Positions 9,952-20,734 are shown, numbered from the stretch's first letter. The stretch: 64,000 nt of DNA from Akkermansiaceae bacterium (GCA_051251915.1 JBPOGF010000001.1:224001-288000), one strand, 5' to 3'. The notes: a model not told the origin generated them from the sequence alone. Numbers and translations: made by a program.

Positions 9952-9967
9952 TTTATCATTTTAGATC

Positions 9968-11143
9968 ATGAAGAAGAAAAATTTTGGAGTTTTGTTAGGG
10001 ATTATTGTTGTGGCTGTGGCGGGCTGGGGTTCATGGCGGTTGATTGAGACGGCGCCTACTCAGCAGGCTGAGGATAAGCCGAAGGTGGCAAAGAGTGTGC
10101 AGGTGGTGAAGTTGGTGGCTGGGGATCAGGATGTGAGTGTGGTGGCGTATGGGAATGTGGTTCCTGCGCGGGAGGTGAAGGTGGGGCCGGAGGTGAGTGG
10201 GAGGGTGATTTCTCATCATGATCATTTGGTTCCTGGGGGGCGGATAGCTGAGGGTGAGGTGATGTTTGAGATAGATCCTGCGGATTATGAGGTGGAGCTG
10301 CGGGATGCTCAGAGTGTGCTGGCTGAGGCGCAGTCTGATGTGGATCTGGAGGAGGGTAGGCAGGCTGTGGCGTTGAGAGAATTTGAGCAGTTGCGGAAGG
10401 ATCTTCCGGGGGTGGCGATTAATGAAGATTTGGTTTTGAGGAAGCCGTTCAAGGCGCGGACTGAGGCGGCGATGGATAGGGCGATGGCTGCGGTGGCGAT
10501 GGCGGAGTTGAAGTTGAGGCGGACGCAATTTAAGGTGCCTTTTAATGCGGTGGTGCTGGATGAGACTGTGGAGGTTGGGCAGATGGTGGATTCTGGTAAG
10601 GAGATGGGGACGTTGGTTGGGTCTGATGCGTATTGGATTCATGTGAGTGTTCCTTTGCAGCAGTTGAAGTGGGTGAAGGTTCCTGATCCCGGATCTGAGG
10701 GGCCTAAGGCGGTGGCAAGGTTGGTGTCTGGTGATGGTGAGGATCTTACATGGGAGGGGAGAGTTGTTAGATTGTTAGGTGGATTAGAAGAGCAGGGGAG
10801 GATGGCGAAGGTGGTGGTGGAGATTCCGGATCCGCTGGATGCAAATCCTAAGCAGCAGATGTTGCTAGGGTCTTATTTGCAGGTGGATATTGATGCTGGG
10901 GTGCTGGAGAATGTGATAGAGATTCCCAGGGCTGCTTTGCGGGAAGGGGATAGGATTTGGTTGGTGGGGGATGACCATAAGTTGGTGATTCATGATGCGG
11001 ATATTTTATGGCGGAAGGAGAATGCGGTGGTGATACGGAATGATGTGAAGCCGGGTGAGCATCTGGTGGTTTCAGATCTGCGTGCTCCGGTTCCGGGGAT
11101 GGCGGTGGTGCCTGAGATGAAGGCTATGGAATCTAACAAATAA
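9968..11143 (+). CDS. RND efflux periplasmic adaptor (MFP)
   Basis: N-terminal TM, EVSGRV, IDPADYE, TQFKVPFNAVV, IPRAALR. Confidence 0.9.
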   Translation: MKKKNFGVLLGIIVVAVAGWGSWRLIETAPTQQAEDKPKVAKSVQVVKLVAGDQDVSVVAYGNVVPAREVKVGPEVSGRVISHHDHLVPGGRIAEGEVMFEIDPADYEVELRDAQSVLAEAQSDVDLEEGRQAVALREFEQLRKDLPGVAINEDLVLRKPFKARTEAAMDRAMAAVAMAELKLRRTQFKVPFNAVVLDETVEVGQMVDSGKEMGTLVGSDAYWIHVSVPLQQLKWVKVPDPGSEGPKAVARLVSGDGEDLTWEGRVVRLLGGLEEQGRMAKVVVEIPDPLDANPKQQMLLGSYLQVDIDAGVLENVIEIPRAALREGDRIWLVGDDHKLVIHDADILWRKENAVVIRNDVKPGEHLVVSDLRAPVPGMAVVPEMKAMESNK

Positions 11144-11155
11144 TAAGTAAGACTG

Positions 11156-14100
11156 ATGAAATCACTAGGTAGCCAGCAGAGAGATAAGGGTTTATTAGCG
11201 TGGTTTGCGCATAATCATCATGCTGCGAATTTGTTGATGATTGCTGTTTTGGCGGTTGGGATTGTTTCTATTTTCAAGGTTCGGCAGGAGGTGTTTCCGG
11301 TGTTTGCGCTTGATACGGTGGAGGTGGCGGTGCAGTACCGAGGGGCTGGGCCGGAGGAGGTGGAGAAGTCTGTGATTTATCCGATAGAGGCTGAGTTACG
11401 TGGGTTAGAGATGATTCGGAGGGTAGAGGCGACGGCTTCTGAGGGGTCTGGTAAGGTGGTGGCGGAGCTTTATCCGGGGTTTGATAAGAATAGGGCATTG
11501 CAGGAGGTGACGGCTGCGATTCAGCGGGTTTCTGTGTTTCCGAATGATATAGAGCCGCCTGTGGTGAGTCTGGGGACGGGGCGGAGGAGGGATGTGATAA
11601 GGGTGTCGATAGCGGGGGATTTAGGGGAGCGTGAGTTGGTGGATTTTGCGCGGCAGGTGGAGACTGGGATGTTGTCACAGCCTGAGATTTCGTTGGTGGA
11701 ATTTAGGGGGGTGCGTGAGCCTGAGATAGAGATAGAGATACCTAGTGCGACATTGAGATCGCTAGGGATGACGCTGGGTGATGTGGCTGAGCGGGTGAAT
11801 GAGACTGCGCTGGATGTGCCTGGTGGGACGTTGAAAACGCCTAGTGGGAACTTGCAGTTGAGGACGAAGGAACGGCGTGAGCGGGCGATTGATTTTAGGG
11901 ATGTGCAGGTGGTGAGTGAGTCTGATGGGACGCGGGTGAGGTTGTCTGATATTGCTACGATTACTGATGGTTTTGAGGAGAGTGAGGAGGAGAATTATTT
12001 TTATGGGCAGCGGTCTGTGACGCTTTCGGTTTTTTGTTCTGATAATGAATCTCCGCTGGTGGTGGCTGATGCGGTGAGGGCGTTTATTGAGCAGCAACAG
12101 AAGAGTTTGCCAGAGTCTGTGAGTATTAGTTTATCGCGTGATCGTTCTGTGGATTTCAAGGAGCGGGTGAGTTTATTGATGGATAATGGGTTTACTGGGT
12201 TGGTTTTGGTGTTGATTACTTTGGGGTTGTTTCTTGATTTGAGGGTTGCGTTCTGGACGGCTATTGGGATTCCGATTTCTATTCTTGGGTCGATTGCTTT
12301 GTTGCCTGTGGGTGGGGCTACGATTAATATGATTTCGTTGTTTGGGTTTATCATTACGTTGGGGATAGTGGTGGATGATGCTGTGGTGGTGGGTGAGGAG
12401 ATTTTCCATAAGATTTCACAGGGGCAGTCTAAGCTTACGGCGGCGATTGAGGGGGCGAAGTCGATGACTATGCCGGTGATATTTGCGGTGGTGACGAATA
12501 TTATCGCGTTTTTGCCGTTGTTCTTTGTTCCTGGTGAGAATGGGCAGTTTTTCCAAGTGTTGCCGGCGGTGGTGATAGCGGTGTTTGTGGTGTCTCTGGT
12601 GGAGTGTTTGTTTATTCTTCCTGCTCACTTGGCGCATGCTGGTGGGGACAAGGGTGATAAGGGATTTTTCGGGAAGATTAATGCTGTTCAGACTCGGTTG
12701 AGGCACAGGATGGAGAGCTGGATGGATCGCTGTTATCAGCCGTTGTTAGATTTTTCTATTCATCATCGGGTGCTGACTTTGGCGGTTTTTGTGGGGACGC
12801 TGGTGGTGACTGGGGCGTATGTTTATAGTGGGAGGGTGAACTTTAAGTTTAGTCCGCAGATTGAGGCTGATTTTATTCAGGCTGAGATAGAGATGCCAGC
12901 GGGGACTCCGGTGGCTAGGACGCGGGAGGTGGTTTTCCAGATAGAGGAGGCTGCGAAGAAGGCTTTGATTTTATCGGGTGAGGGGGAAATCCGTGAATTG
13001 ACCACGAGTATTTCGACGTTGGTGGGTGATGGTGGGCCGCACATTGGGGAGGTGGCGGTGACGCTCATTCCGCAGAGTCAGCGGGAGATTACTGGTCGAG
13101 GGTTTGCGGATTTATGGCGTGATCAATTGCCTGAGATTCCTGATTTGGATTCGATCTTTTTTGATTATTTGGTGGGGCCTGGCGGTGAGGCTGAGATAGA
13201 TATTCAGCTGGCGCATCCTGATTTGGATGTGCTGCGGGAGGCTGGTGATGCGGTGGCTTCTGCGGTGGCGAAGTATCCTGGGACGGCAGATATCCGGAAG
13301 GGATCTGGGCGAGAGACGCCGGAGTTGCAGTTTGAGTTGACGCCTGCGGGTAAGGCGTTGGGGCTCACTACAAAGATGGTGGGGGATCAGGTGAAGGATG
13401 CTTATTTAGGGGCTGAGGCGTTGCGTCAGCCACGTGGGCGTGAGGAGATACGGGTGATGGTGAGGTTACCTGAGAGTGAGAGGAAGTCTGTGGAGGGTTT
13501 GAAGAACTTTTTGATTTTGACTCCTGGTGGTGGGGAGATTCCTTTGAGTGATGCGGCGCGGATTATTACTGCGAATGCGCCGTTGAAGATTAGCCGGGTG
13601 GATGGTGGCCGAGTGATGCGGATTACCGGGAATGTGGTGGCTGGGGTGACTTCAGGGAATAAGGTGATTTCTGCGTTAGAGAAGAATGAGCTGCCGGAGA
13701 TTATGGCGGCTTATCCTGGATTGACCTATACTTTTGAGGGGGATCAGCGTGAGCAGAGCGAGGCGATGACTGATCTTGGGTGGGGATTGTTTGTGGCGAT
13801 GTTTGCGGTGTATGCGATTATGGCGGCTTTATTGCGTAGTTATATTCAGGCGCTTATAATCTTGTTGGCGATTCCGTTTAGTTTGGCTGGGGCGGTGATG
13901 GGGCATGTGGTGTTGGGGTTTGATTTGTCGATTTTTAGTATCTTTGGGATGATTGCATTGTGTGGGATGGTGGTGAATGGTGGGTTTGTGTTGGCGGTGA
14001 CGAGGCAGAGATTTATAGCGGATGGGATGCTGATAGAGAATGTGACTAGAGAGGCTGCGGCTCGTCGTTGTAGGCCAATTTTGTTGACGTCTATTACGAC

Positions 14101-14302
14101 GTTTGTGGGCTTGGCTCCGATGATTTTGGAGGATGGTATGCAGGCGTTGTTCTTGGTGCCGATGTCGATCAGTTTGGGGGTGGGGACGTTAGCTTCTTCT
14201 GCGGTGATACTTTTGATCATACCGGCAGCGTTTACACTGACAGAAACGGTTGGGGCGTTTGATGCTGATGCGACGGTGGATGCTGATGATAGGGATGCGT
14301 GA
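11156..14302 (+). CDS. RND efflux permease (AcrB/AcrD/AcrF family)
   Basis: 1048 aa; LGIVVDDAVVVGE in TM4; RCRPILLTSITT; two periplasmic domains. Confidence 0.93.
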   Translation: MKSLGSQQRDKGLLAWFAHNHHAANLLMIAVLAVGIVSIFKVRQEVFPVFALDTVEVAVQYRGAGPEEVEKSVIYPIEAELRGLEMIRRVEATASEGSGKVVAELYPGFDKNRALQEVTAAIQRVSVFPNDIEPPVVSLGTGRRRDVIRVSIAGDLGERELVDFARQVETGMLSQPEISLVEFRGVREPEIEIEIPSATLRSLGMTLGDVAERVNETALDVPGGTLKTPSGNLQLRTKERRERAIDFRDVQVVSESDGTRVRLSDIATITDGFEESEEENYFYGQRSVTLSVFCSDNESPLVVADAVRAFIEQQQKSLPESVSISLSRDRSVDFKERVSLLMDNGFTGLVLVLITLGLFLDLRVAFWTAIGIPISILGSIALLPVGGATINMISLFGFIITLGIVVDDAVVVGEEIFHKISQGQSKLTAAIEGAKSMTMPVIFAVVTNIIAFLPLFFVPGENGQFFQVLPAVVIAVFVVSLVECLFILPAHLAHAGGDKGDKGFFGKINAVQTRLRHRMESWMDRCYQPLLDFSIHHRVLTLAVFVGTLVVTGAYVYSGRVNFKFSPQIEADFIQAEIEMPAGTPVARTREVVFQIEEAAKKALILSGEGEIRELTTSISTLVGDGGPHIGEVAVTLIPQSQREITGRGFADLWRDQLPEIPDLDSIFFDYLVGPGGEAEIDIQLAHPDLDVLREAGDAVASAVAKYPGTADIRKGSGRETPELQFELTPAGKALGLTTKMVGDQVKDAYLGAEALRQPRGREEIRVMVRLPESERKSVEGLKNFLILTPGGGEIPLSDAARIITANAPLKISRVDGGRVMRITGNVVAGVTSGNKVISALEKNELPEIMAAYPGLTYTFEGDQREQSEAMTDLGWGLFVAMFAVYAIMAALLRSYIQALIILLAIPFSLAGAVMGHVVLGFDLSIFSIFGMIALCGMVVNGGFVLAVTRQRFIADGMLIENVTREAAARRCRPILLTSITTFVGLAPMILEDGMQALFLVPMSISLGVGTLASSAVILLIIPAAFTLTETVGAFDADATVDADDRDA

Positions 14303-14306
14303 TTAT

Positions 14307-15059
14307 TTATGGTAGCTTCCAGGAGGCGCGGTACTTTTTATAATCGGCGGCGGTGAGGAGGACGTATACTGGGTTTTTGTTTGGGTCGATTTTTGAGATG
14401 AGTGATTTTAGTTGGGTTTCATGCATGGTGGTGCAGCCTGCGGTTGGTTTGGAACCGCCGCCTCGCCAGATGTGGAAGAAGATGGAGCTGCCTGCGTTAG
14501 GGGTGGCGCGTTTTCTTGAGGTTGCTTCGTTGTGGGCGATGAAGAGTTTGAGTGAGTGTGCGTGGTCGCCTTGGCGCATCTGGGCTTGCTTTTCCCAGGT
14601 GTTTTTAGGCTCGTGTGGGATGAGGATGTGGCGGTTGTAGTAGGGGGACTGAGTGTCCTCGACCCAAAGATCTTTGGTGGTGATTTGTTTGTAGGGGAGA
14701 GAGGGGAGTTTTTGGATGGCTGGAGCGTAGCCGAATGCGTAGCCAGACTCTGAGCCTATTCTAAAAATGCCTGCTGGAGAGCGACCGTCGCCTTCTTTTT
14801 TTCTGATACCTGCGAGGTTTGAGGGATGGAGGCCGATGCCCCAAGCTAGTCCGTTTTTGCCGAGTCTGCCTTTCAATGCTGAGCCGGTTTGTGACCACCC
14901 TGAGTTACTTTTTTCGAAGAGTGAGAGGGTGACGTGGGAGGAGTTGTTCTCAGGTGCGATGCCTATGATGACTTGGCGGGAGTTCGCGGGGAGCTGGCTG
15001 TGTGCTAAAAGAGTGGTGAGCAGGGTAGCTAATAGAGTGAGTAGAGATATTTTTTTCAT
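14307..15059 (-). CDS. L,D-transpeptidase (YkuD-like) family protein
   Basis: KKEGDGRSPAGIF, GSSIFFHIW, PTAGC; signal peptide. Confidence 0.85.
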   Translation of the reverse strand: MKKISLLTLLATLLTTLLAHSQLPANSRQVIIGIAPENNSSHVTLSLFEKSNSGWSQTGSALKGRLGKNGLAWGIGLHPSNLAGIRKKEGDGRSPAGIFRIGSESGYAFGYAPAIQKLPSLPYKQITTKDLWVEDTQSPYYNRHILIPHEPKNTWEKQAQMRQGDHAHSLKLFIAHNEATSRKRATPNAGSSIFFHIWRGGGSKPTAGCTTMHETQLKSLISKIDPNKNPVYVLLTAADYKKYRASWKLP

Positions 15060-15209
15060 AAATGTTATTTTGATGACTAACTGTAGCCGTAGTTTGGCTT
15101 GGTAGCAAATAGATATGGAATGGGTAGTGGCTCAGTGGATTGTAGTTATGGTTAACATTTTTTAAGGTTGCGCGATATCATGGTTAGGTGTATCATTCTG
15201 GTGACAAGT

Positions 15210-15545
15210 ATGAAAACAGTTGTTACAATACCTTCCTTATTGAGTCTCGTGTTGATCGCGAGTTCTTGTGGTTCTTCAAATGATGTTGAAGAGCCTGTGA
15301 TTCAACAGCCTATCAGGCCTCCTGCTGAGTATTTACCGCCAGCTATTGATGAGCCGGTAAGTTATAATCAGACGGCGATTCCTGTAAACTCGGCGATACC
15401 TGTGGCTAGGCGAGTGGCAGGGCGACCGGGTTTTGTATTTAACCCTTACAACCAGAATATGGTTGAAGTGGAGGGGATCATGGCTGGGACTAAGGTGCGT
15501 GATCCGCAAGATTATGATCCTAGTCATATCTTTGTGGTTCCTTAG
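15210..15545 (+). CDS. Small hypothetical lipoprotein
   Basis: Lipobox ASSC; C-terminal motif PGFVFNPY...G...AG...RDP...IFVVP; probable start ATG 15210. Confidence 0.7.
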   Translation: MKTVVTIPSLLSLVLIASSCGSSNDVEEPVIQQPIRPPAEYLPPAIDEPVSYNQTAIPVNSAIPVARRVAGRPGFVFNPYNQNMVEVEGIMAGTKVRDPQDYDPSHIFVVP

Positions 15546-15702
15546 GTTGTTGGGTAGTCTTTTAGGGCTAGCTTTTTTTCAGAAAAACGGTTGCCAATTT
15601 GGGTGATCAGTCTTAAGTGTCTTCACGTCGTCCGTATGGGCATTTATCTTGTACGGAGACTTTACTTATCAACACAAAATTTAACATTACTCATTTAATA
15701 TC

Positions 15703-16329
15703 ATGTCAGTATTAGTCGGAAAAAAAGCACCATCCTTCTCAGCGAAGGCAGTCGTAAATAACCAAATTGTGGAAGATTTTTCACTGGAGCAGTTCATTGG
15801 GAAAAAGTATGTCGTTCTGTTCTTCTATCCAAAAGATTTCACTTTCGTATGTCCTACTGAATTGCATCGCTTCCAGGAAGAGCTAGGGGAGTTTGAGAGC
15901 CGTAATGTGGAAGTTGTTGGCTGCTCTACAGACTCAGAGTTTTCTCACTTTGCGTGGCTCAATACTCCGAAGAATAAGGGAGGAATCGAAGGTGTGAAAT
16001 ACCCACTCGTGTCTGATATTAACAAAACAATTGCGGAAGATTATGATGTTCTGGCTGGGGAAGCTCATGTGAATGAGAATGGCGACTATGAAGTGGAAGG
16101 TGAATTGGTTGCGTATCGCGGGCTTTTCCTCATTGATCTTGATGGAAAAGTGCGTCACCAGGTGGTGAATGACATGCCACTAGGTCGCTCAATCCGTGAG
16201 TGTCTCCGTGTGATCGATGCGTTGCAGCATTTCGAGGCACATGGTGAAGTTTGCCCAATGGACTGGGAGAAGGGTTCAGCAGCGATGACTGCGGATCACG
16301 CTGGAGTTAGCGCTTATCTATCTAAGTAG
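15703..16329 (+). CDS. ahpC: 2-Cys peroxiredoxin (AhpC/TsaA)
   Basis: FYPKDFTFVCPTE and GEVCPMDW. Confidence 0.95.
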   Translation: MSVLVGKKAPSFSAKAVVNNQIVEDFSLEQFIGKKYVVLFFYPKDFTFVCPTELHRFQEELGEFESRNVEVVGCSTDSEFSHFAWLNTPKNKGGIEGVKYPLVSDINKTIAEDYDVLAGEAHVNENGDYEVEGELVAYRGLFLIDLDGKVRHQVVNDMPLGRSIRECLRVIDALQHFEAHGEVCPMDWEKGSAAMTADHAGVSAYLSK

Positions 16330-16366
16330 GTTCTATAGCGAATCTACTTCTAACAGAATCAAAAAT

Positions 16367-16400
16367 AAAGCCTACTTGGATTAATCTGGGTAGGTTTTTT
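16367..16400 (+). terminator. Rho-independent terminator after ahpC
   Basis: aaagcctacttgga-ttaa-tctgggtaggtttttt. Confidence 0.8.
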
Positions 16401-16600
16401 GTTTATGTAAATTAGTGTGATTTTTCTAGGCTATTATTTACATATTTGTATAGCAGATTAAATCTGGGATGCTTGATTTTTTGCTTGATGTTATTACACC
16501 GTGATGGTTTTCTGATCATCCGGATTAACTTTATTCAATTCATCGAGGATGTATAGTTAATACAGTTTAATCCTTAGATAAAATAATAAAATAATAAAAT

Positions 16601-17347
16601 ATGAAAAAATACCTTATTACATTAGCCTTTGTTGGTGCCGCAGGTTATGCGCAAGCAGTGTCTATCGCGATTGATTTTGCTAGGCCTACTGGCCAGAATG
16701 CGACGACAGTTTTCGCAGATTACCAAGCAGCAGATGCAAATTTGTTAGGCACAGATGCGGATAACTTCAGGCAACTTTCCGGTAACAATCCGGATCCTTA
16801 TAATAACCTTAATACTACACTTGATGGATTAACTGTTACGAATACGGGAACTGGTGATATCAGCGGTATTGGTAATGCTGGGAATACAGCCTGGAATGAC
16901 TTGTCACCGATCTATGAAGGATACGCTTACGTAGATACCAATAATAATCCTACAGTTGCACCAGAGGTTACGATTTCTGGATTAGCTGCCTTGGGCGCAG
17001 GACAGACGATTACTCTTACAATGTATGGAGTTGGAGATAATATAGACCAGGATAGTACTTTTGTATCTACCTTCGGAGCTAATCCTACTCAAACTGGGCG
17101 CACTGAATATAACGCTGATGCTCCTACTCCTAGAAACGACAGCACTGGTTTCGTTGGCTTTGTTCAGCATGTTTATACCTCAGATGGAATTACAGATGAG
17201 ATTTCTTTTACATGGGCAAGAAACACAGATAGCAATCGATACATTGCTTTGAATGGTTTTTCCGTGAGTGTTGTGCCAGAGCCTTCATCTGCTCTTTTGT
17301 TTGGCCTAGGTTCGCTTGCTTTGTTGGGACGTCGTCGCAGAGTATAA
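16601..17347 (+). CDS. PEP-CTERM sorting-domain protein
   Basis: Signal peptide (YAQA); C-terminal VPEPSSALLFGLGSLALLGRRRRV. Confidence 0.95.
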   Translation: MKKYLITLAFVGAAGYAQAVSIAIDFARPTGQNATTVFADYQAADANLLGTDADNFRQLSGNNPDPYNNLNTTLDGLTVTNTGTGDISGIGNAGNTAWNDLSPIYEGYAYVDTNNNPTVAPEVTISGLAALGAGQTITLTMYGVGDNIDQDSTFVSTFGANPTQTGRTEYNADAPTPRNDSTGFVGFVQHVYTSDGITDEISFTWARNTDSNRYIALNGFSVSVVPEPSSALLFGLGSLALLGRRRRV

Positions 17348-17371
17348 TTTAGCTAGATTTCTTAATAACAT

Positions 17372-17407
17372 AAAAAACCGTATCTCGTTTATAGATACGG
17401 TTTTTTT
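17372..17407. terminator. Bidirectional intrinsic terminator
   Basis: aaaaaaccgtatct-cgtttat-agatacggttttttt between convergent genes. Confidence 0.9.
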
Positions 17408-17476
17408 ATATAGTAGATGGGTACAATAGGGTAGAAGAATTAGTCCTATGTTTAGGTTAACAAATTATCTCATATA

Positions 17477-17779
17477 CTATGGGAGTTTGAAGACTTTGAG
17501 TGTGCTTTTGTCTGGCTTTCCTGTTTTAGGGTCCGCTGTTATGGTGGACGGGTCACCTGCAAGTTGACCGCTCTTGAAGCCTTTAGCAACGATAGGATTA
17601 TATGGACGGAAAGGGCTGACGTAATGGTCTTTGACTGGTTCTCCGGTAGAAGGATCAACCATTTGTTTAGCTACTGGATGGCTAGATGCTGTATCCGTGC
17701 CTGGAGCTGTGTTAGCGCATGAGGAGAAGAGGGCTGCGGAGGCGGCTATGATTAATGAGAAGAATGTTTTTTGTTTCAT
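17477..17779 (-). CDS. Small hypothetical lipoprotein, apparently related to 15210-15545
   Basis: Lipobox FSSC; YVSPF...KGFKSG...GDP...VFKLP. Confidence 0.7.
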   Translation of the reverse strand: MKQKTFFSLIIAASAALFSSCANTAPGTDTASSHPVAKQMVDPSTGEPVKDHYVSPFRPYNPIVAKGFKSGQLAGDPSTITADPKTGKPDKSTLKVFKLP

Positions 17780-17904
17780 GATGTTATCTTAAGTTTAGGC
17801 GGGCTTAGATCAAGAGGATTTTTAGGTAATATTATTCACTTGGTTAGTATTAAACTGTTTCATGTCAATGTACTGTTCCTGTGGGATTACTTTGCTGGGG
17901 GAGG

Positions 17905-18735
17905 TCAGAGGCCTGCGATGGAGCTGAGGAGGTGCCAGATTTTTTTTGGTTTGGAGAGGGTGTAGCGTTGGTCGAAGACTTGGAAGTGGTCTGCTTGCAT
18001 TTTTTTGAGGATGCCGTGATAGATCTTGCGCATGGCTTCTGAGGAGCGGAGGGCTTTGGCGTCTTCTTGGTGGAAATTTTTCTCTGCTTCTAGGTAATAG
18101 TATTCAGCGCGCTCGGAGATGTACTGCATCATGGCGATGAATCTGCCGTCGTGGACACGGCCTACGAGGTCGCGTTCTGAGTATTGGAAGCGGATCATAT
18201 CGTTCTCAGGGATGTAGATGCGGAGGTTGTCTGAGAGGTCCTCGCCGACATCACGGAGGATGTTGGTGAGTTGGAGGGCGTGGCCAAGGTTTACGGCGTA
18301 TTTTTCTGAGTCTGGGTGTTTGCAGCCGAAGATTTTGATGGAAATGAGACCTACGCAGGATGCTACTTGGTAGGTGTATTTCTTGAGGTCTTCCCATTCA
18401 GCGAAGCGTCTGGATGGCTTGAGGTCTGAGTAGCAGCCAGCAATGAGGTCGAGGAATAGTTGGTTGTCGATCTGGTAGCGGTCTCTGATTTCAAGGGTGT
18501 TTTGCTGAGTCTGGGTGAGGGGTTCTGGTGGTTGCTCTGAGAAACATTGTTTCCAGTTTTGGAGGCCAGAGAGCTTTTCATCCATGGGGATGTCTGGGGA
18601 GTCTGCGAGGTCGTCAACGATTCTGCAAAAGGCGTAGAGGTTGACCATGTCGCTACGCCGTTGTTTGGGGAGGCAAGCAAATGCAAATGCGAGGTTCGAT
18701 TTGGCACTTTTAGTGATTTGCTTGGCTTCTGACAT
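17905..18735 (-). CDS. Squalene/phytoene synthase family (HpnD-like presqualene diphosphate synthase)
   Basis: LYAFCRIVDDLAD, YTYQVASCVG, LQLTNILRDVGED, RIYIP. Confidence 0.88.
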   Translation of the reverse strand: MSEAKQITKSAKSNLAFAFACLPKQRRSDMVNLYAFCRIVDDLADSPDIPMDEKLSGLQNWKQCFSEQPPEPLTQTQQNTLEIRDRYQIDNQLFLDLIAGCYSDLKPSRRFAEWEDLKKYTYQVASCVGLISIKIFGCKHPDSEKYAVNLGHALQLTNILRDVGEDLSDNLRIYIPENDMIRFQYSERDLVGRVHDGRFIAMMQYISERAEYYYLEAEKNFHQEDAKALRSSEAMRKIYHGILKKMQADHFQVFDQRYTLSKPKKIWHLLSSIAGL

Positions 18736-18787
18736 ATTTTTTATTGGCTGCTTGTTACTCAGGCTAGTAGATGATTGGGATGGGGGG

Positions 18788-20056
18788 TTATTTGATTTTG
18801 CCCCAGTGTCCGCTGCCGAATGGCCAGAGTGACATGAAGGCTGGGCCTACGACGTTGTATTCTTTTACTGATCCCCAGATGCGGGAATCGGATGATTTGT
18901 ATGAATTATCGCCCATGGCCCAGTATTCTGAGAGTCCTGTGGATGGTTTGTTGTCGAGCTTCTTGTCGGTGATGCCCATGAAATTATAACCATTGTAACC
19001 GTTGGTGAGTGACTGGACGCGTAGGATGCCTGGATCAGTGGCATTTTGTCCATCTCTGACGATGATTCCACCGTTAGGGTAGTCTGGGTTCTCATGCTTT
19101 ATTGGCTGGATGCTGACGTGTTGGCCAGGTGTGGCGATGAGGCGCTTGATATAATGAGAAGGAGGGATGTTGTTCTTCTTGTTAGATGCCTCGATGTATT
19201 CGATGCCTCTGGTGTCGAAGACGAAGACCTCTCCGTGTTCTGGGCTTCTGAAGTGGTAGGAGACTTTATCTACGAGGATGAGATCACCCGACTCGGTGTA
19301 TCCTTCGAGGACTTTGGTGCCAGCAGAGATCTCGTATAGAGGGAATAATGGGCGGCCAAAATCTTGTGAGCCTCTGAAGTATGCGTCAGCTCGGTCATCG
19401 ATAGATTTGTGCTTGAGCCTAGCCCATTTGCTGGGGTCTTGTTTAAGGACTAGGTCGTCGTAGAGCTTAGTAAGTCCGGCTTGTTCAAGTGAGGTGGCGG
19501 AGCCTGAGAATGATTCAACTTGGCCGTTGGAGAACTGGACTGTCACGCGGGGGAAGAAGTGCATGAATTGGCCGTCTGTGATGGAGACTATCTTTGAATT
19601 TCCTTTGGCTGTGAGTGAGAAATAATTTCTGCCGTGGGTAGCCTGCTGGGCGAGACGGACAGGGAATGATGGCCAGTCTTTTTCTAGTTTTGCAGCTCCA
19701 GTGATGCCGTTGAGGGCTGGATACATGGAGTTGGTAGGGATACGGAATGGCTGGAGGAAGTAGGCGCGGATACCGAGAGCAACGACGATGGCTACGAAGA
19801 AGACCTCAAGGTTTTCTTGGAGAGCATTTGGGTTGCGGTATTTTGGTAGTGCTTGCTCGCAGGTTTTCTCTAGTAGTTTACCAGCTTCTGCGGTTGCGGC
19901 ACGATCGTTTGCTTTGATGGCTGACTTGAGATCAGCTCTGCGTGATTCTATCTCAGTGACGCGGTCTGCTTCTAGGAGGTCGCGTTTGTAGTTAAGAAAT
20001 TTGAGAGCTCCTTTGTGGAGAAGCAGGGCTTGTTTTTTCCATTTTGGTTTAAACAT
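18788..20056 (-). CDS. lepB: Signal peptidase I
   Basis: QPFRIPTNSMYPAL (Ser), YIKRL (Lys), MGDNSYKSSDSRIWG. Confidence 0.93.
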   Translation of the reverse strand: MFKPKWKKQALLLHKGALKFLNYKRDLLEADRVTEIESRRADLKSAIKANDRAATAEAGKLLEKTCEQALPKYRNPNALQENLEVFFVAIVVALGIRAYFLQPFRIPTNSMYPALNGITGAAKLEKDWPSFPVRLAQQATHGRNYFSLTAKGNSKIVSITDGQFMHFFPRVTVQFSNGQVESFSGSATSLEQAGLTKLYDDLVLKQDPSKWARLKHKSIDDRADAYFRGSQDFGRPLFPLYEISAGTKVLEGYTESGDLILVDKVSYHFRSPEHGEVFVFDTRGIEYIEASNKKNNIPPSHYIKRLIATPGQHVSIQPIKHENPDYPNGGIIVRDGQNATDPGILRVQSLTNGYNGYNFMGITDKKLDNKPSTGLSEYWAMGDNSYKSSDSRIWGSVKEYNVVGPAFMSLWPFGSGHWGKIK

Positions 20057-20299
20057 TATTTTTGAATCACTTGGTTGGTTCGGTTAGAGAGTGGTGGTGA
20101 TGCGACGATATTGCCAGAATATTTTGAGGTAATTTGATCAAGATCAGGGAGGGTGGAGGTAGATGGGTGATTATTTTCTGAAAAGAGGGCTTTACGTGAC
20201 TCAGAATTGTGGCATAGCTGTGTTGCTCAATTACTAGTTAACAACTGATTAACTCTAAAAATCTGGGCATATAATCATCAAAATTTAGAAAACAATAAT

Positions 20300-20716
20300 A
20301 TGGATATACAAATAGCAACTCTCTGCGACTTCGCAGCTGACTATAATGGCAAAATGGTAATCACTGGAACATTTGATACGCTTGCAGGTAAGGCAATGCC
20401 ACTTGTGCACCCTACTTGTGTGCTTGCTATGCGTCTTTGCATCACTCCTGAAGATAGCGGAAGTCATACATTTTCAGTGAATATCATCGATGCAGATGGA
20501 AACTCACTTGACGACAAAATGCCAATCGAGGCAGATATGCCAATCGAACTTCCTGAGAATGTGCCATTCATGACACGTAACCTCATTCTTAACCTTCAAG
20601 GACTTAAGTTCCCTGAAGATGGTGTGTATTCAATCGACATTAGCGTGGATGAGGAACTTGTTTCTCGTATTCCTCTTCGCATTGTGGAGATGGACGCAGA
20701 TAGTCAGCCAGCTTAA
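20300..20716 (+). CDS. Conserved hypothetical beta-sandwich protein (DUF6941-like)
   Basis: LCDFAADYNGKMVITGTFD...GLKFPEDGVYSIDI; less skewed codon usage than its neighbours. Confidence 0.65.
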   Translation: MDIQIATLCDFAADYNGKMVITGTFDTLAGKAMPLVHPTCVLAMRLCITPEDSGSHTFSVNIIDADGNSLDDKMPIEADMPIELPENVPFMTRNLILNLQGLKFPEDGVYSIDISVDEELVSRIPLRIVEMDADSQPA

Positions 20717-20734
20717 TTAGGCAATTCACAAGCG

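Noticed and set aside
16569..16600. AAAATAAT repeat before the PEP-CTERM ATG
   Set aside because: Short A/T-rich translation-initiation region; not distinctive
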